From positions 6,280 to 70,279 of the IMG/VR virus record IMGVR_UViG_3300015214_000032: a stretch of 64,000 nt of DNA; one strand, 5' to 3'. The notes under the pieces were generated by a model that made no database searches, was not told where the DNA came from, and saw only the letters and a program-made list of their open reading frames with translations. Positions 19,853 to 29,209 of the stretch are shown in pieces. Every line of letters starts with the position of its first letter. Position 1 is the first letter of the stretch. The stretch is from a virus. Lineage: Duplodnaviria > Caudoviricetes. The position numbers were made by a program, and so were the translations under genes.

Positions 19853-20308
19853 TCACCGGTCGTCACCGTCGCCGCGCAGCGTGTCCCGCTCCGTGCGCTC
19901 CGCTAACTGTTGCAGATTGGCAAGTGCCACTTCTGACAGCGTCGTGTTCAGCTCATTGCACAGGGCGGCCATGTACCACAGGAGTCCGCCCAGTTCCTTG
20001 ATGAGTTGGGCACGCCGAAAGACGTTCAACTCGCCGAACTTGACAGCGAACGTTGCATCGGAATAGCTACCACCGATCTGGAGCAGGTCATCGTCGCGAA
20101 ACGCCTTCTTGGCCTTGCCCTGCACTTCCCCCGCTTCCGCAAGGCCCAGCGCCAGATACATGACGCCGAATGGCGTCCCCTTCCCCGGGTACTGTGCATG
20201 ATGGGTGGCGGAGCTTTGGTACTCGCTGAGCAGGTTTGGGCCCACCATCATGTTCCTGAAGTTGTTGACATCATCCCAGGTGATGTGATTGATAGGTGAT
20301 TCGGTCAC
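19853..20308 (-). CDS. MazG-like nucleoside triphosphate pyrophosphohydrolase
   Basis: LGLAEAGEV-x-GK-x-KK-x-x-RD...ELGGLLWY-x-A...N-x-x-x-L-x-x-R...L-x-GDGD-x-R. Confidence 0.8.
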   Translation of the reverse strand: MTESPINHITWDDVNNFRNMMVGPNLLSEYQSSATHHAQYPGKGTPFGVMYLALGLAEAGEVQGKAKKAFRDDDLLQIGGSYSDATFAVKFGELNVFRRAQLIKELGGLLWYMAALCNELNTTLSEVALANLQQLAERTERDTLRGDGDDR

Positions 20309-20565
20309 AGGTGTCCCCTTTCCTTGAGCTTGGTTTGCTTCCGCAAACGCTTTGCTTCTGCGCGCTGGATGTGAGCCGCGTCGTCACGATCGTCCCGCAC
20401 AACCAGCTTCTTGCGCGGGCGCTTCTTGGCAGCGGGTTGCAAGGGTTCCTTCGTTCCCTTGATGGGCTGCTCGCGCACGGACGGTTCCTCCGTGCTTCGC
20501 GCGTAACCGCCCATCGCCATCAGAGCGATAGCGCTGCCCAGACCATAAATGCTACTCTTCCTCAT
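20305..20565 (-). CDS. Hypothetical basic protein
   Basis: Coupled ORF ending AEAKRLRK... Confidence 0.55.
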   Translation of the reverse strand: MRKSSIYGLGSAIALMAMGGYARSTEEPSVREQPIKGTKEPLQPAAKKRPRKKLVVRDDRDDAAHIQRAEAKRLRKQTKLKERGHL

Positions 20566-20950
20566 CGTCAAATCCTTTCTCGATGGCATGCTTGAGAATG
20601 ATAGCGAGCGCGTCCGCATGTGTGAAGTGCCTGCCGTGAGCTTGACTTACATGTTGCTCCTCGACCACTTCTTCGATTGCACCGTCATCCGGATGCACGA
20701 GGAAGGGGATTTGGTTGGGCCAAAGCCACGTGATGGGAAACGTGTGCTCATCCCTCGCACGCATGAAGTCGCTGCCCTGTCGGCACAAGCGCCCTTGCGT
20801 GTCGAAGCAGATGGCAGTGAAGTGGTGCCCGCGCCAACCAGTTTCGTCCCCGTGCTCCGTGTTGCAATATTGACGATGATGTGTCAGCCAGCTCGATGCA
20901 TGGCGCACCCACTGCTCGAAATCGTCAAACGTCTGATTGTGCCGACCCAT
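20552..20950 (-). CDS. Hypothetical protein
   Basis: Overlapping chain of minus-strand ORFs; ATG after GGAGA. Confidence 0.6.
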   Translation of the reverse strand: MGRHNQTFDDFEQWVRHASSWLTHHRQYCNTEHGDETGWRGHHFTAICFDTQGRLCRQGSDFMRARDEHTFPITWLWPNQIPFLVHPDDGAIEEVVEEQHVSQAHGRHFTHADALAIILKHAIEKGFDDEEE

Positions 20951-21125
20951 GGGTCTTTCTCCAGTCCTGGATCCGTTTCTTGAGTTCGGTGAACCCACAT
21001 ATGCGACCATTTCGCCTATGGCGAAATTCCATGACAGGGTGCGCGTCGGTTCCACGAATGTACACGCGCAAGCGCAACCGTTGGCACCACGTCATGAGCT
21101 CCACGACATCATCGTCTTGGGACAA
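20925..21125 (-). CDS. Hypothetical protein
   Basis: Overlapping minus-strand ORF chain. Confidence 0.5.
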   Translation of the reverse strand: MSQDDDVVELMTWCQRLRLRVYIRGTDAHPVMEFRHRRNGRICGFTELKKRIQDWRKTHGSAQSDV

Positions 21126-21357
21126 AGATGACCCCCGAGATGCTGATGCAGGACGTCCGCATCACCCTGTCGATGCCGTTCGGATCGTATTCGACGCGCG
21201 CCTGCATTGCTGCTTCATGAAGCGCTGCACTGGATCGAAGGGCGTGAAACACACCTTGATTGACCTCTACCACGATCTGAACGTCGGATGACCCAGTGAT
21301 TGCGCGCATGCGGGATGTGAGCTCCATGCACATATCGATGACCTCACTCGCCTTCAA
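21109..21357 (-). CDS. Hypothetical protein
   Basis: GGAGG RBS; overlapping chain. Confidence 0.55.
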   Translation of the reverse strand: MKASEVIDMCMELTSRMRAITGSSDVQIVVEVNQGVFHALRSSAALHEAAMQARVEYDPNGIDRVMRTSCISISGVIFVPRR

Positions 21358-21610
21358 TCGTGCCTCCCCACCGTTGCTCAGGGAAGCGCACGAACGACAC
21401 AGCGTGCCAGCCCTCTTTGACGTCTTCCCTGTACAGTTCCACCGTGTCGGCGAAGCTGCGAAACTTTTCCTCCCGGCGCGGGACAGTGATCCATACGCCG
21501 TTGTGATTGGGTTCCGCGTCAGGAACGATCTTGATGTACATATTGCGCGGCGGCTCGGGCGTCATATACTTCTCCTTGAGCATACGTGCCGTGTCATAGG
21601 GCGATGTCAT
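21344..21610 (-). CDS. Hypothetical protein
   Basis: GAGGAGG RBS; overlapping chain. Confidence 0.55.
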   Translation of the reverse strand: MTSPYDTARMLKEKYMTPEPPRNMYIKIVPDAEPNHNGVWITVPRREEKFRSFADTVELYREDVKEGWHAVSFVRFPEQRWGGTIEGE

Positions 21611-21804
21611 GTGCGCCCCTCCTCTTTCATCTTTCGTAGCAGATGGAATGCTCGAGTGGTATCCATTGTGCCGTAATGGATGGGGAACAGCAGCACCTTC
21701 GCGTTATGGCGCAGTTCTTTGTTACCATCATAACGGCCCAGGTGGAAGTCGAGGAACGTGTTCCACAGCGGATGCGTATGGTCGAACACCATCTTCTTAT
21801 TCAT
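21607..21804 (-). CDS. Hypothetical protein
   Basis: GGAGG RBS; coupled to upstream Topo VI-A-like gene. Confidence 0.5.
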   Translation of the reverse strand: MNKKMVFDHTHPLWNTFLDFHLGRYDGNKELRHNAKVLLFPIHYGTMDTTRAFHLLRKMKEEGRT

Positions 21805-22711
21805 CAGGTGCCTCCATCGAAGTGATGAGCTCCTCCAGCTCCTGTTGGTCTTCAAGCTCACGATGCAGCGCAGCATCCCACGCATGCGGGTCGCGTACCT
21901 TGAGGATAGCGTCCTCGATCAGCTTTTCGATGTAGGTGGGTTCAAGTGCATCGAGTTCCCAACATTCATACCCGTACAGGTCGACATAGCTGCTCGCCCG
22001 TGCATCGGACATCTTGGTGGGGTTGGGCGGCGGATTGAATTCCTCAATCTGCGGCATGTTGAGCGCAAGCCGCTGGAGGATGATAGGGACACCCGCGAAC
22101 ATGGACAAGCGCTGCTGATTGTCGCGCGTCATGTCAATGCCGCTCGGGTCATGGTCCCCAAGGTGAAAGACAATCGGCCTTTGGCCCTTCTGTATGTAGC
22201 GTGCGAAGCGTTTGCCCGCGCGCCACTGCTCGCTCTGCGAGTTGTAGCCCTTGCAGGCGAAGAAATCGACGCGAAGCTTGTTGCAGATGGCGCCGATCAC
22301 GCCAACGAGCGCTTCCTTCTCGATCCACACTTCTGGGCGCCACTGCTGATCAGCCCACAGGTCGCGTCGATAGTCGTGCTGCGCAGTGCGCAGCACCTGG
22401 GCGATCGTATCGTAGGTGTTCACACCCCTCAACCCCCTGCCCCTGTCCTCCATCGCGGTCCAGGAGACGAGGCCCTGGAGCCTGCCGGTGTTGAGCGCGT
22501 TGCCGATGCGAGAGTACATCGCTTCGCTGTTCTCACCGTCCGTAAGGCCCCGCGCAACCATCTGGTAGTACAGCTGGCGCAGAGTCATCGTGTGCCCCTT
22601 GCTCTCGTACTCGTCCAGAATCCGGTTCGCAGCACCAATGAGGTCCAGGGTGCTCTTCTGGAGGTTCTTGCGCGGGCCGTATGCACGGTAGGTACCGACT
22701 TCTTTCGACAT
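21797..22711 (-). CDS. Topoisomerase VI subunit A / Spo11-like (WHD+TOPRIM) protein
   Basis: TLRQLYY (catalytic-Tyr helix), VWIEKEAL (TOPRIM Glu), GDHDPSG (DxD), and WELDAL. Confidence 0.8.
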   Translation of the reverse strand: MSKEVGTYRAYGPRKNLQKSTLDLIGAANRILDEYESKGHTMTLRQLYYQMVARGLTDGENSEAMYSRIGNALNTGRLQGLVSWTAMEDRGRGLRGVNTYDTIAQVLRTAQHDYRRDLWADQQWRPEVWIEKEALVGVIGAICNKLRVDFFACKGYNSQSEQWRAGKRFARYIQKGQRPIVFHLGDHDPSGIDMTRDNQQRLSMFAGVPIILQRLALNMPQIEEFNPPPNPTKMSDARASSYVDLYGYECWELDALEPTYIEKLIEDAILKVRDPHAWDAALHRELEDQQELEELITSMEAPDE

Positions 22712-22935
22712 CAGCGTTTTCTCCTGTCTATCTCACGTCGAATCATTGACCCAACGCGCTCAGCAGTATGCACAGCATCTTTCAAATGCGCAAGGTGCTC
22801 TTCCATAGGTGTGTGACAGGACCAGTGACGCGCTTTCTTCGTCTCCGTGTTGGTCGCGATCGAGTACACCGCTTGGTCCATGATAATGGGCTTACCGCAT
22901 TTGTCGCACGTGAAACCCTCCCATGGATCCTTCAT
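22711..22935 (-). CDS. Hypothetical Zn-finger-like protein
   Basis: CDKC...HWSC motif. Confidence 0.55.
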   Translation of the reverse strand: MKDPWEGFTCDKCGKPIIMDQAVYSIATNTETKKARHWSCHTPMEEHLAHLKDAVHTAERVGSMIRREIDRRKR

Positions 22936-23120
22936 AGCTTCACATGCCTCTTCGCAGGAATAGGGGAGCGAGATGCTTTGTTGCGGCCAAGGTGAAACTT
23001 GTCGCAGTGCTCGCATCGATACACCTCCAGCACGTAGGGCGTGTTCTTGATGTGCTTGCGTGCCGCACGCGCCTTGCTCTTGGTGTCATAGGACTTCTTG
23101 CCGGAGAACTCACACCACAT
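22932..23120 (-). CDS. Hypothetical small Zn-binding protein
   Basis: K-x-SY-x-TK-x-x-A...VYRCEHCDKFHL. Confidence 0.6.
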   Translation of the reverse strand: MWCEFSGKKSYDTKSKARAARKHIKNTPYVLEVYRCEHCDKFHLGRNKASRSPIPAKRHVKL

Positions 23121-23454
23121 CCTTACCCTCCAGTAGGTCCTCGAAGCGCAGCGCGTCCAGTTTTAGAACTTCGCATTGCTTGGCAACCTCGATATCGGAT
23201 GGAAGACGATCTCTCTTGCGCCCATCGCAGGGTCGACAGGACGCCACCCTGTTGATGCGCTTGTCGGTGCCTCCCTTGCTCTTGGGCATTAGATGATCGA
23301 GGACGAACCCGTGGCAGAAGTTAAGTTGGGTTTCCCTGTCCCAACTGCGGGCGAAATGGACATCGCAATAGAAGCACCTGTTTCCCTGCTCTGATGCGAT
23401 GCCCCTTCGATACTTCTTCCGCTGGCGCTTCTTGGTTGGCGGCTTACCCAGCAT
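23110..23454 (-). CDS. HNH endonuclease
   Basis: CFYC...DHLMPKSKGG...NRVASCRPCD-x-RK. Confidence 0.85.
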   Translation of the reverse strand: MLGKPPTKKRQRKKYRRGIASEQGNRCFYCDVHFARSWDRETQLNFCHGFVLDHLMPKSKGGTDKRINRVASCRPCDGRKRDRLPSDIEVAKQCEVLKLDALRFEDLLEGKDVV

Positions 23455-23722
23455 TGGAGGACACCCCCGTTTCAAAACCTGCGTCGGGTTGCCCGTTCAG
23501 CATCTTGTGCAGATGTGACAGTGCTGTTCCAAAGGAATCAAATTCCTCCGGAACGCTTGGCGCTTCAGGCGACGCGAATATGTGAAGCTGAAAATACCAT
23601 GTATTCGAATGTCGTGTGCGCTGCATCACTATGCACGCGATAGGCACATTCCCGATACGGAATTCCACGTAAGGGGGCATGCCCGTGCGCCCCCTGTACC
23701 GTTTCGATGTCATGACCCACAT
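23444..23722 (-). CDS. Hypothetical protein
   Basis: ORF filling gap in minus-strand operon. Confidence 0.5.
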   Translation of the reverse strand: MWVMTSKRYRGRTGMPPYVEFRIGNVPIACIVMQRTRHSNTWYFQLHIFASPEAPSVPEEFDSFGTALSHLHKMLNGQPDAGFETGVSSNAG

Positions 23723-23724
23723 GA

Positions 23725-24729
23725 CTAGCGCCGCCCAATACGGAGAGGTGCACCCGCGGGTCGATCATCAACCTGCTGGTCGATGGACACCTTCTCGCCC
23801 AGCTCCCGTCCCTGCCAGTAGCTGCTCTCCCAAGACCGTTTGTCACGCTCGCTAGTGGCATAGGAAACGCGGCGCTTGCGCTTGGTAGCAGACTTCTCCG
23901 CTTCCTTGCGCCGCTTCTCCTCGTCCTTGCGCGCCTCCTCCGGGTTGGCAGCAGCCCAGCGCGTGTATTCTTCCTCTGCCTCCTTGGCGAGGCGTGCGCG
24001 CTCAGCTCGCTGTGCCGCCTGCCGCGCACTCCAGCCCTCGCCATACAGAACATCCATATTGGCATCACGCTCCTGCTCAGCAAGCCCGGCGAGCGTGAGC
24101 GCCTGGCGGGTGCTGCTCCCTGGACGCGCTGCCTCAGCAGCACGCTTGGCGCGCTCCTCTTCCTCCATCTGCTCGCGGCGCGCGTACAGGCGATTGACGA
24201 GCGTGTCGGCGATGCCCTCGCGCAACGCGACTGCTTCACGCATCCAGCGCTGAGACACATCATAGCGCTCACTGACCAGACGCTCGATGCACTGGATCAG
24301 GTATTCCGCCATCATCCTGGAGCTTCGAGTGTTGACCACGCGGCCGACGACATAGTGCTGGAACGTTTTGCCCAGCACCCGCTTGGCGTATTTCTGACCT
24401 GTCCACTGGTCGACCTTGTTGACGGTCTTCCACTTGCGGTCCATCATGTGCCAGTACAGGCAGAAGTTCAGACCGCACACCGCGCGCCATAGGTCGCGCT
24501 GGAACTCGTACATGCCGCCTTGAATCTTCATCTTCTCGCGCACAGCGCTCTTGTCATGGTCAGCGTTGACCATGGACATGTCGAGATTGTACGCCGCCAG
24601 AAGTTCCTGGGCCTTGGCCGCAGCGGCCGCTGCTTCCTCCTCGCTCGGGTTACGAGCAGCGAGGCGCAGGAGCTTCTCTACGCGGTCCAGGATTTTGGTT
24701 TGTTCTTCGTCAAACTGGAATTCCGACAT
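23725..24729 (-). CDS. DUF2786-domain protein
   Basis: KILDRVEKLLRLAA...EEEAAAAAAKAQELL-x-x-YNL signature. Confidence 0.85.
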   Translation of the reverse strand: MSEFQFDEEQTKILDRVEKLLRLAARNPSEEEAAAAAAKAQELLAAYNLDMSMVNADHDKSAVREKMKIQGGMYEFQRDLWRAVCGLNFCLYWHMMDRKWKTVNKVDQWTGQKYAKRVLGKTFQHYVVGRVVNTRSSRMMAEYLIQCIERLVSERYDVSQRWMREAVALREGIADTLVNRLYARREQMEEEERAKRAAEAARPGSSTRQALTLAGLAEQERDANMDVLYGEGWSARQAAQRAERARLAKEAEEEYTRWAAANPEEARKDEEKRRKEAEKSATKRKRRVSYATSERDKRSWESSYWQGRELGEKVSIDQQVDDRPAGAPLRIGRR

Positions 24730-24734
24730 GGTGC

Positions 24735-25037
24735 TTAACCCTCGCGGTAGACGGACACACCGTCATAACCATAGTTGTGGCAGCGGCGTGCGATGATTGT
24801 CCACGGCTGCTTGAATGGAGGCTTGGTTGTGGGGCGATCGAAATCGTGTTCGATTTCATGGATGGAGAAGTGCATCACGTCCTGCATCGGGCGATGATCA
24901 GTGCCCGAAATACGGAAGAAATGGACAACGTCCCATGCGTTGTCGATTCGCACGCGCATAGCGTAGGCATCACCTCGTGCCCACAATCCGTACTCGTGCA
25001 GGAACACGTGGCAACCTGTCTTAATGCATTCTGACAT
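24735..25037 (-). CDS. Hypothetical protein
   Basis: GAGGAGG RBS. Confidence 0.6.
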   Translation of the reverse strand: MSECIKTGCHVFLHEYGLWARGDAYAMRVRIDNAWDVVHFFRISGTDHRPMQDVMHFSIHEIEHDFDRPTTKPPFKQPWTIIARRCHNYGYDGVSVYREG

Positions 25038-25060
25038 TGAACGTCCTCCTCGGATTGGGT

Positions 25061-25095
25061 GCCGGGAGCAGCAGGGGGTGATTGCTGCTCCCGGC
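25061..25095. terminator. 13-bp perfect intergenic stem-loop (no U-tract)
   Basis: GCCGGGAGCAGCA-N9-TGCTGCTCCCGGC. Confidence 0.55.
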
Positions 25096-25121
25096 TATTC
25101 CTGACATGACGGGGGCGGGGG

Positions 25122-25619
25122 TTAGCCGTACATGCCAGGAAATTCGCAACTCTCCAGGTTGCCGATGCGCTCGTCGAGCGTGTTGATGACTTCCTCCGCG
25201 TTGGACAGCGCTTCCTCGCGCTCATCCAGCTCCTCCCGCGTGCCGATGGCATCTTCGAGGGGGTTGTCATCCATCCACGTCTGAGCAGCATCCCGCGCCG
25301 CGTTAAGAGCGGCGAGAGCATTGTCCATGCGTCCCTGCCGAGTGCTGCTCTCCCGCCTGCGCTGATCCTCCGTGTATGTGCACGGTACGTCGGCGAGCAG
25401 GTCGTGCACGTCGAAAGCGTCGTAATTGTCTTCCAGCGTGCTCTTGGTTTCATCGAGCGTCGCGTAGCGCGACGTCTGGCTCAGTCCTTCGGACTGCTCC
25501 ATGTTGCTGACGACTTCTTCGATCTCGTCCTTCAGCTCCTCGATGATGGAAAGTCCCTGTTCGATAGCACCGCCAATGGTGCTGTTGATGGGAACGGCTC
25601 GTTTGCTGATCTTCGCCAT
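25122..25619 (-). CDS. Hypothetical acidic helical protein
   Basis: AGACAGGAGA RBS; 165 aa. Confidence 0.7.
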   Translation of the reverse strand: MAKISKRAVPINSTIGGAIEQGLSIIEELKDEIEEVVSNMEQSEGLSQTSRYATLDETKSTLEDNYDAFDVHDLLADVPCTYTEDQRRRESSTRQGRMDNALAALNAARDAAQTWMDDNPLEDAIGTREELDEREEALSNAEEVINTLDERIGNLESCEFPGMYG

Positions 25620-25645
25620 GTGCGTTTCTCCTGTCTAGATGCGCG

Positions 25646-25674
25646 ACATTACTGGAGCCAGTTTCTTATGTCAA
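25646..25674 (-). promoter_or_regulatory. Sigma70-type promoter embedded in helicase 3' end
   Basis: Minus strand TTGACA-N17-TAATGT, followed by AGACAGGAGA. Confidence 0.7.
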
Positions 25675-27355
25675 GCGCCATTGTTGCGATGTCCTGCCGG
25701 TTCTTCAGCGCACTCAGAATCTTGACATCGATCGTTCCTCGCGCAATAAGATCGAAGATGCCCACAGTGCCCATCTGCCCATCCCGGAACAGGCGCGCTT
25801 CCGATTGCCAACGCTCGGAGGCTTTGAACGTGTTGCTGTAGTAGATCATTGAGTGGCAGCGCTTCTGCAACCCATCGACGCCCGTGCCCGCGGATCCTGG
25901 GTTCGCAATGAACGCACCGCAGCTATTGTCGCTGATGAAGCGATCCTTGGCGGCCTTCCTGTCCTCGATCGACGTGCGCCCATCCCACGTCACGGGGTTC
26001 CAGGATGCAAATGCACTCTTTAACAGGTCGATGTCATGATGGAAGCGCGCCCACACAATCACCTTGTCGCCAATCTGATTGGCAATAGCGAGCGCTTCCG
26101 TGTGTCGGTTCGTGGGAATGCTGTGAATGTTGCCATCGTCGTCCTTCGCGTGCCCACAGACGATCTGCTGGAGTCTAAGGATCTTGGTCACAGCTTGCTC
26201 GGCGGTGATCGTTGCGCCGCTGTCAAGCTGAGTGATCAGATCTTCCTTCATCTCGTCGTACAGCTTGCGCTGGACAGGGGTGAGCTCCACGTAATGGTTC
26301 GCATACGTGCGCTCAGGCAGGTCGAGACAGTCGGCGCTCCGCAGGCGCAGCGACCAGGCATCCATGCGTTTCTGGAGCTCCTCGACGTTCTTGTACCCAA
26401 CGATCTGCGTCACGCCCGTTGGCGCACCCGGCACCGGCTTCTCGATGCAGTACCTGTTCCGATAGGTGTAAAATGAGCTGTAGCCGTGCACGTCATCAGA
26501 CAGGAAGCGCAAGGGCGTATAGAGGTCCTCGATGCCCTTGGTGATGGGCGTGCCGTCAAGCTCCCGCCTGTATGGCGCGAGGTCCCGCATCTTCATTGTG
26601 TTCTTGGCGCGCACAGCTTGCGCGTTCTTGATCTTGCGCGACGACTCGTCGATGCACCACAAGACGCGACCGCTGCTGAGGACTCGAAGCGCAAACTTGA
26701 CGCCCTTCTCCGTGGTGAATGCGTCGTGGTGCATCGCAAAGATGCGGAGCCCGTCCTGGAACGCGAACACGTCCTCAAACTGGCGCTTGAGCCATTGGGG
26801 CTGCTCGCTCTTGTACACGGTCGCCTTGTAGGGCACCCAATCGGGCAGGTGGATGGGGAGCTGCTCCTCGATCCACTGGATATGAACGCCGTTTGGCGCG
26901 TCGATCAACAGAGTATCGATCTTGCCGATGGACCACAGATAGGCAGCATTGTCAATGATGATCTTGGTCTTGCCCAGTCCCTGCTCAAGCCACAAGCCAT
27001 ACGCGACGCGATCCTTGCTGAGGTGGAATGCTCGAAGCTGATGGTCACGGGGCGCCGTTTTGAAACGGAAGTGCAGCGCCTCCGGGGGCGCGGGCCGTTG
27101 CTTGGCGTTGCGTGCATCCTCCTCCAGTTGAAGCAGGCGCTGGATCTGGGCACCCTTATCGATCTCCCATTGAGCATCAGGAAAGTGCTCATGCAGATAC
27201 TCGATGTTGGCGCGTGTGGTCTCGAACAGGAGATTTCCCCCGTCCCATTTCTTGCGCCCAGGCATGTCCCGAACGATGTCGAACGCTGCGGCATTATACG
27301 CGCCAGACAGAACCGCAGTGTCCTTGCGCCTCGATTGGCTGATGACGAGTCCCAT
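25649..27355 (-). CDS. SNF2-family (SF2) DNA helicase
   Basis: EQGLGKT Walker A, IDES Walker B, L-x-GTP, G-x-G-x-DGLQ and Q-x-x-x-R-x-x-R-x-GQ motifs. Confidence 0.9.
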   Translation of the reverse strand: MGLVISQSRRKDTAVLSGAYNAAAFDIVRDMPGRKKWDGGNLLFETTRANIEYLHEHFPDAQWEIDKGAQIQRLLQLEEDARNAKQRPAPPEALHFRFKTAPRDHQLRAFHLSKDRVAYGLWLEQGLGKTKIIIDNAAYLWSIGKIDTLLIDAPNGVHIQWIEEQLPIHLPDWVPYKATVYKSEQPQWLKRQFEDVFAFQDGLRIFAMHHDAFTTEKGVKFALRVLSSGRVLWCIDESSRKIKNAQAVRAKNTMKMRDLAPYRRELDGTPITKGIEDLYTPLRFLSDDVHGYSSFYTYRNRYCIEKPVPGAPTGVTQIVGYKNVEELQKRMDAWSLRLRSADCLDLPERTYANHYVELTPVQRKLYDEMKEDLITQLDSGATITAEQAVTKILRLQQIVCGHAKDDDGNIHSIPTNRHTEALAIANQIGDKVIVWARFHHDIDLLKSAFASWNPVTWDGRTSIEDRKAAKDRFISDNSCGAFIANPGSAGTGVDGLQKRCHSMIYYSNTFKASERWQSEARLFRDGQMGTVGIFDLIARGTIDVKILSALKNRQDIATMALDIRNWLQ

Positions 27356-27483
27356 GTGTCTCAAGTGCTCCTGTATTCCAAGCACTATCGCGAATCCAGG
27401 ATGTTATCACAAGTGCTGTATTGCACACGGGCGTCCCTGACATAACGATAGTTTTGGATGCCACACGCGGCGACAGAGCGTAG

Positions 27484-27730
27484 GGTAACCCCGGTAGCCC
27501 ATGGGTAACCCACGATCGAGACCCTGGGTACCGGTGAAAATGTCAATGTTAACAGAAACTTATAAGTGACGGTAACCTGTAACCCACGGCTACAGCTACA
27601 AATTTTTTATTTTTTTGCGAGGCCTCCGCGCCCGTAGGGTGTGGGTTACCGACGGTGAGCAACCCCTTGTTTTTGCAAAGGATTTGTCGGGTACCCAGGG
27701 TGGGTGTGGGGTGGGTTACCGGGGTTACCT
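27484..27730. repeat. Non-coding iteron-like element, copy A: convergent GGTAACC/GGTTACC arrays around a T-tract
   Basis: Multiple GG(G)TAACC units on the left, GGGTTACC units on the right, AATTTTTTATTTTTTT core at 27601-27616. Confidence 0.85.
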
Positions 27731-27975
27731 GTCAGCTGATTTTCAGTCGAGATCCCGGTGTTTTGATCGCTGTACATATTGCACGAGCTTTCCCCTGTCC
27801 CTGTAAAGCGGTATCAAGACGCCACCCCTTACGCGGGCGGGCCCGTGCTATACCTGGATTCAAGAAAAGTGCGATGAGCTCGCGTTTTCACTTGCATGGG
27901 ACTGCGCCAGTCGCATAGCGTTAAGCCCGTAACAGCGTCCCATAGCGTTAATCCGACTAATACAGGAACACAGCA

Positions 27976-28491
27976 ATGAATCCTCTCAACGATGCAGCTC
28001 GCCTCAAGGCGCTCGCGAAGCGCGCCAAGGAGAATCCGGACTCCTTCAAGTCCCGACCCAAGACTCGACGGTCAAGAACACCGATCGGGGATCCTTTTCA
28101 GGATCGAACGCTACGCTACCGCATGCCTGGCGAGCGCACAAGGGACATCACGGCATGCGCAGGTGCAGGGCTGGTTCAGGAGTGGAAGAAGAACTCCTGG
28201 GTCCTGTCCAATGTGCCCGGCGCACGTATCAGACTTCACGTGGAAGGGGACCTGTGCATCCTCACGCCCTACGATCCGCGCGACGTGCCTGCTGAGGAGG
28301 CGAAGAAGTATCACAATTATGCTTTGTCGCAGGTCAACGAGCGGCGTCAGGGCACCATCAGCATGACGTGGAATGCGCTGGGCCGCAAGCCCTCCCGTGC
28401 TCACACGGGGCTTCTCGACTTCAAACTGGTCGACGAGTGCCTCATGTTCTCCCTCAGCCAATTCGAGGAGATCGAAAATGGAGAAGAATAA
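27976..28491 (+). CDS. Hypothetical protein
   Basis: ACAGGAA RBS; first gene of rightward arm. Confidence 0.65.
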   Translation: MNPLNDAARLKALAKRAKENPDSFKSRPKTRRSRTPIGDPFQDRTLRYRMPGERTRDITACAGAGLVQEWKKNSWVLSNVPGARIRLHVEGDLCILTPYDPRDVPAEEAKKYHNYALSQVNERRQGTISMTWNALGRKPSRAHTGLLDFKLVDECLMFSLSQFEEIENGEE

Positions 28492-28897
28492 GTCGACGGA
28501 GTGGATCACCTACCGCTCCAAGGGTCCCGATGGTGCACGAACGATGTGCGCGCTCATGTTCAGCGTGCCCTTGCTTCAGATGATCGGCAATCCTGAGCGC
28601 TGTTCCATCGAGATCGATGCGCGGCAAGGGTCCCCCTGGAACATGTATATCAGACCCACGCCGTCCGGGTACAAGATCAACTTCAAACGACCGGGGTCCA
28701 TGGGCGAGCTCAATGTCTCCTGGAGCATCTTGGACGCGGCGCCCCGCGACGCAACGGGCAAGGGGCGCCTGCCCGTACGCGTGCAGCGAACGGACGACTT
28801 CGTGCAGTTGGTCGTCGACATCTCAACCTGGCGCGATAAACCGAAGCAGCAGGAGACGCTCTTCGGCGTCCAGGGTCGAGAATTGAAGCCCTCGTAA
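28478..28897 (+). CDS. Hypothetical protein
   Basis: GAGGAG RBS; coupled. Confidence 0.6.
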   Translation: MEKNKSTEWITYRSKGPDGARTMCALMFSVPLLQMIGNPERCSIEIDARQGSPWNMYIRPTPSGYKINFKRPGSMGELNVSWSILDAAPRDATGKGRLPVRVQRTDDFVQLVVDISTWRDKPKQQETLFGVQGRELKPS

Positions 28898-28924
28898 GGG
28901 GCTTCCTATACAGGAGAAAAAGGA

Positions 28925-29191
28925 ATGACGAAACACACGTGGTCGAAAGACCGTCCCCGCAAACCCGACATTGATCCAATGCTGGAGGATCTGTTGCCCC
29001 TGCTCAAGACGGATGGCAGATCAACCTATGCCAAGGCCAACGTGTCGGGGCTCAGTCCATCCACGCTCAAGAATTGGGAAATGGGACGCGTGCGCCGGCC
29101 CCAGTCCGTGAGCATTCAGATGGCCTACCGCATGCTGGGCTACGAGCTCAAGCCCGTGCCCGTTTCTGCACCGCTGCGCAAGAGCGCGTAA
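28925..29191 (+). CDS. XRE-type helix-turn-helix regulator
   Basis: A-x-x-SGLS-x-STLKNWE-x-G...RP...I...LGY pattern. Confidence 0.75.
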   Translation: MTKHTWSKDRPRKPDIDPMLEDLLPLLKTDGRSTYAKANVSGLSPSTLKNWEMGRVRRPQSVSIQMAYRMLGYELKPVPVSAPLRKSA

Positions 29192-29209
29192 ATTCGTATC
29201 CTGGCTCTG

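Noticed and set aside
23110-23454. HNH gene as a mobile intron/homing element
   Set aside because: It is free-standing between intact ORFs, with no interrupted host gene.
27484-27730. Repeat arrays as a CRISPR locus
   Set aside because: The units are 7-9 nt, irregularly spaced and convergent, with no constant 25-45-nt repeat, no unique spacers and no cas genes.
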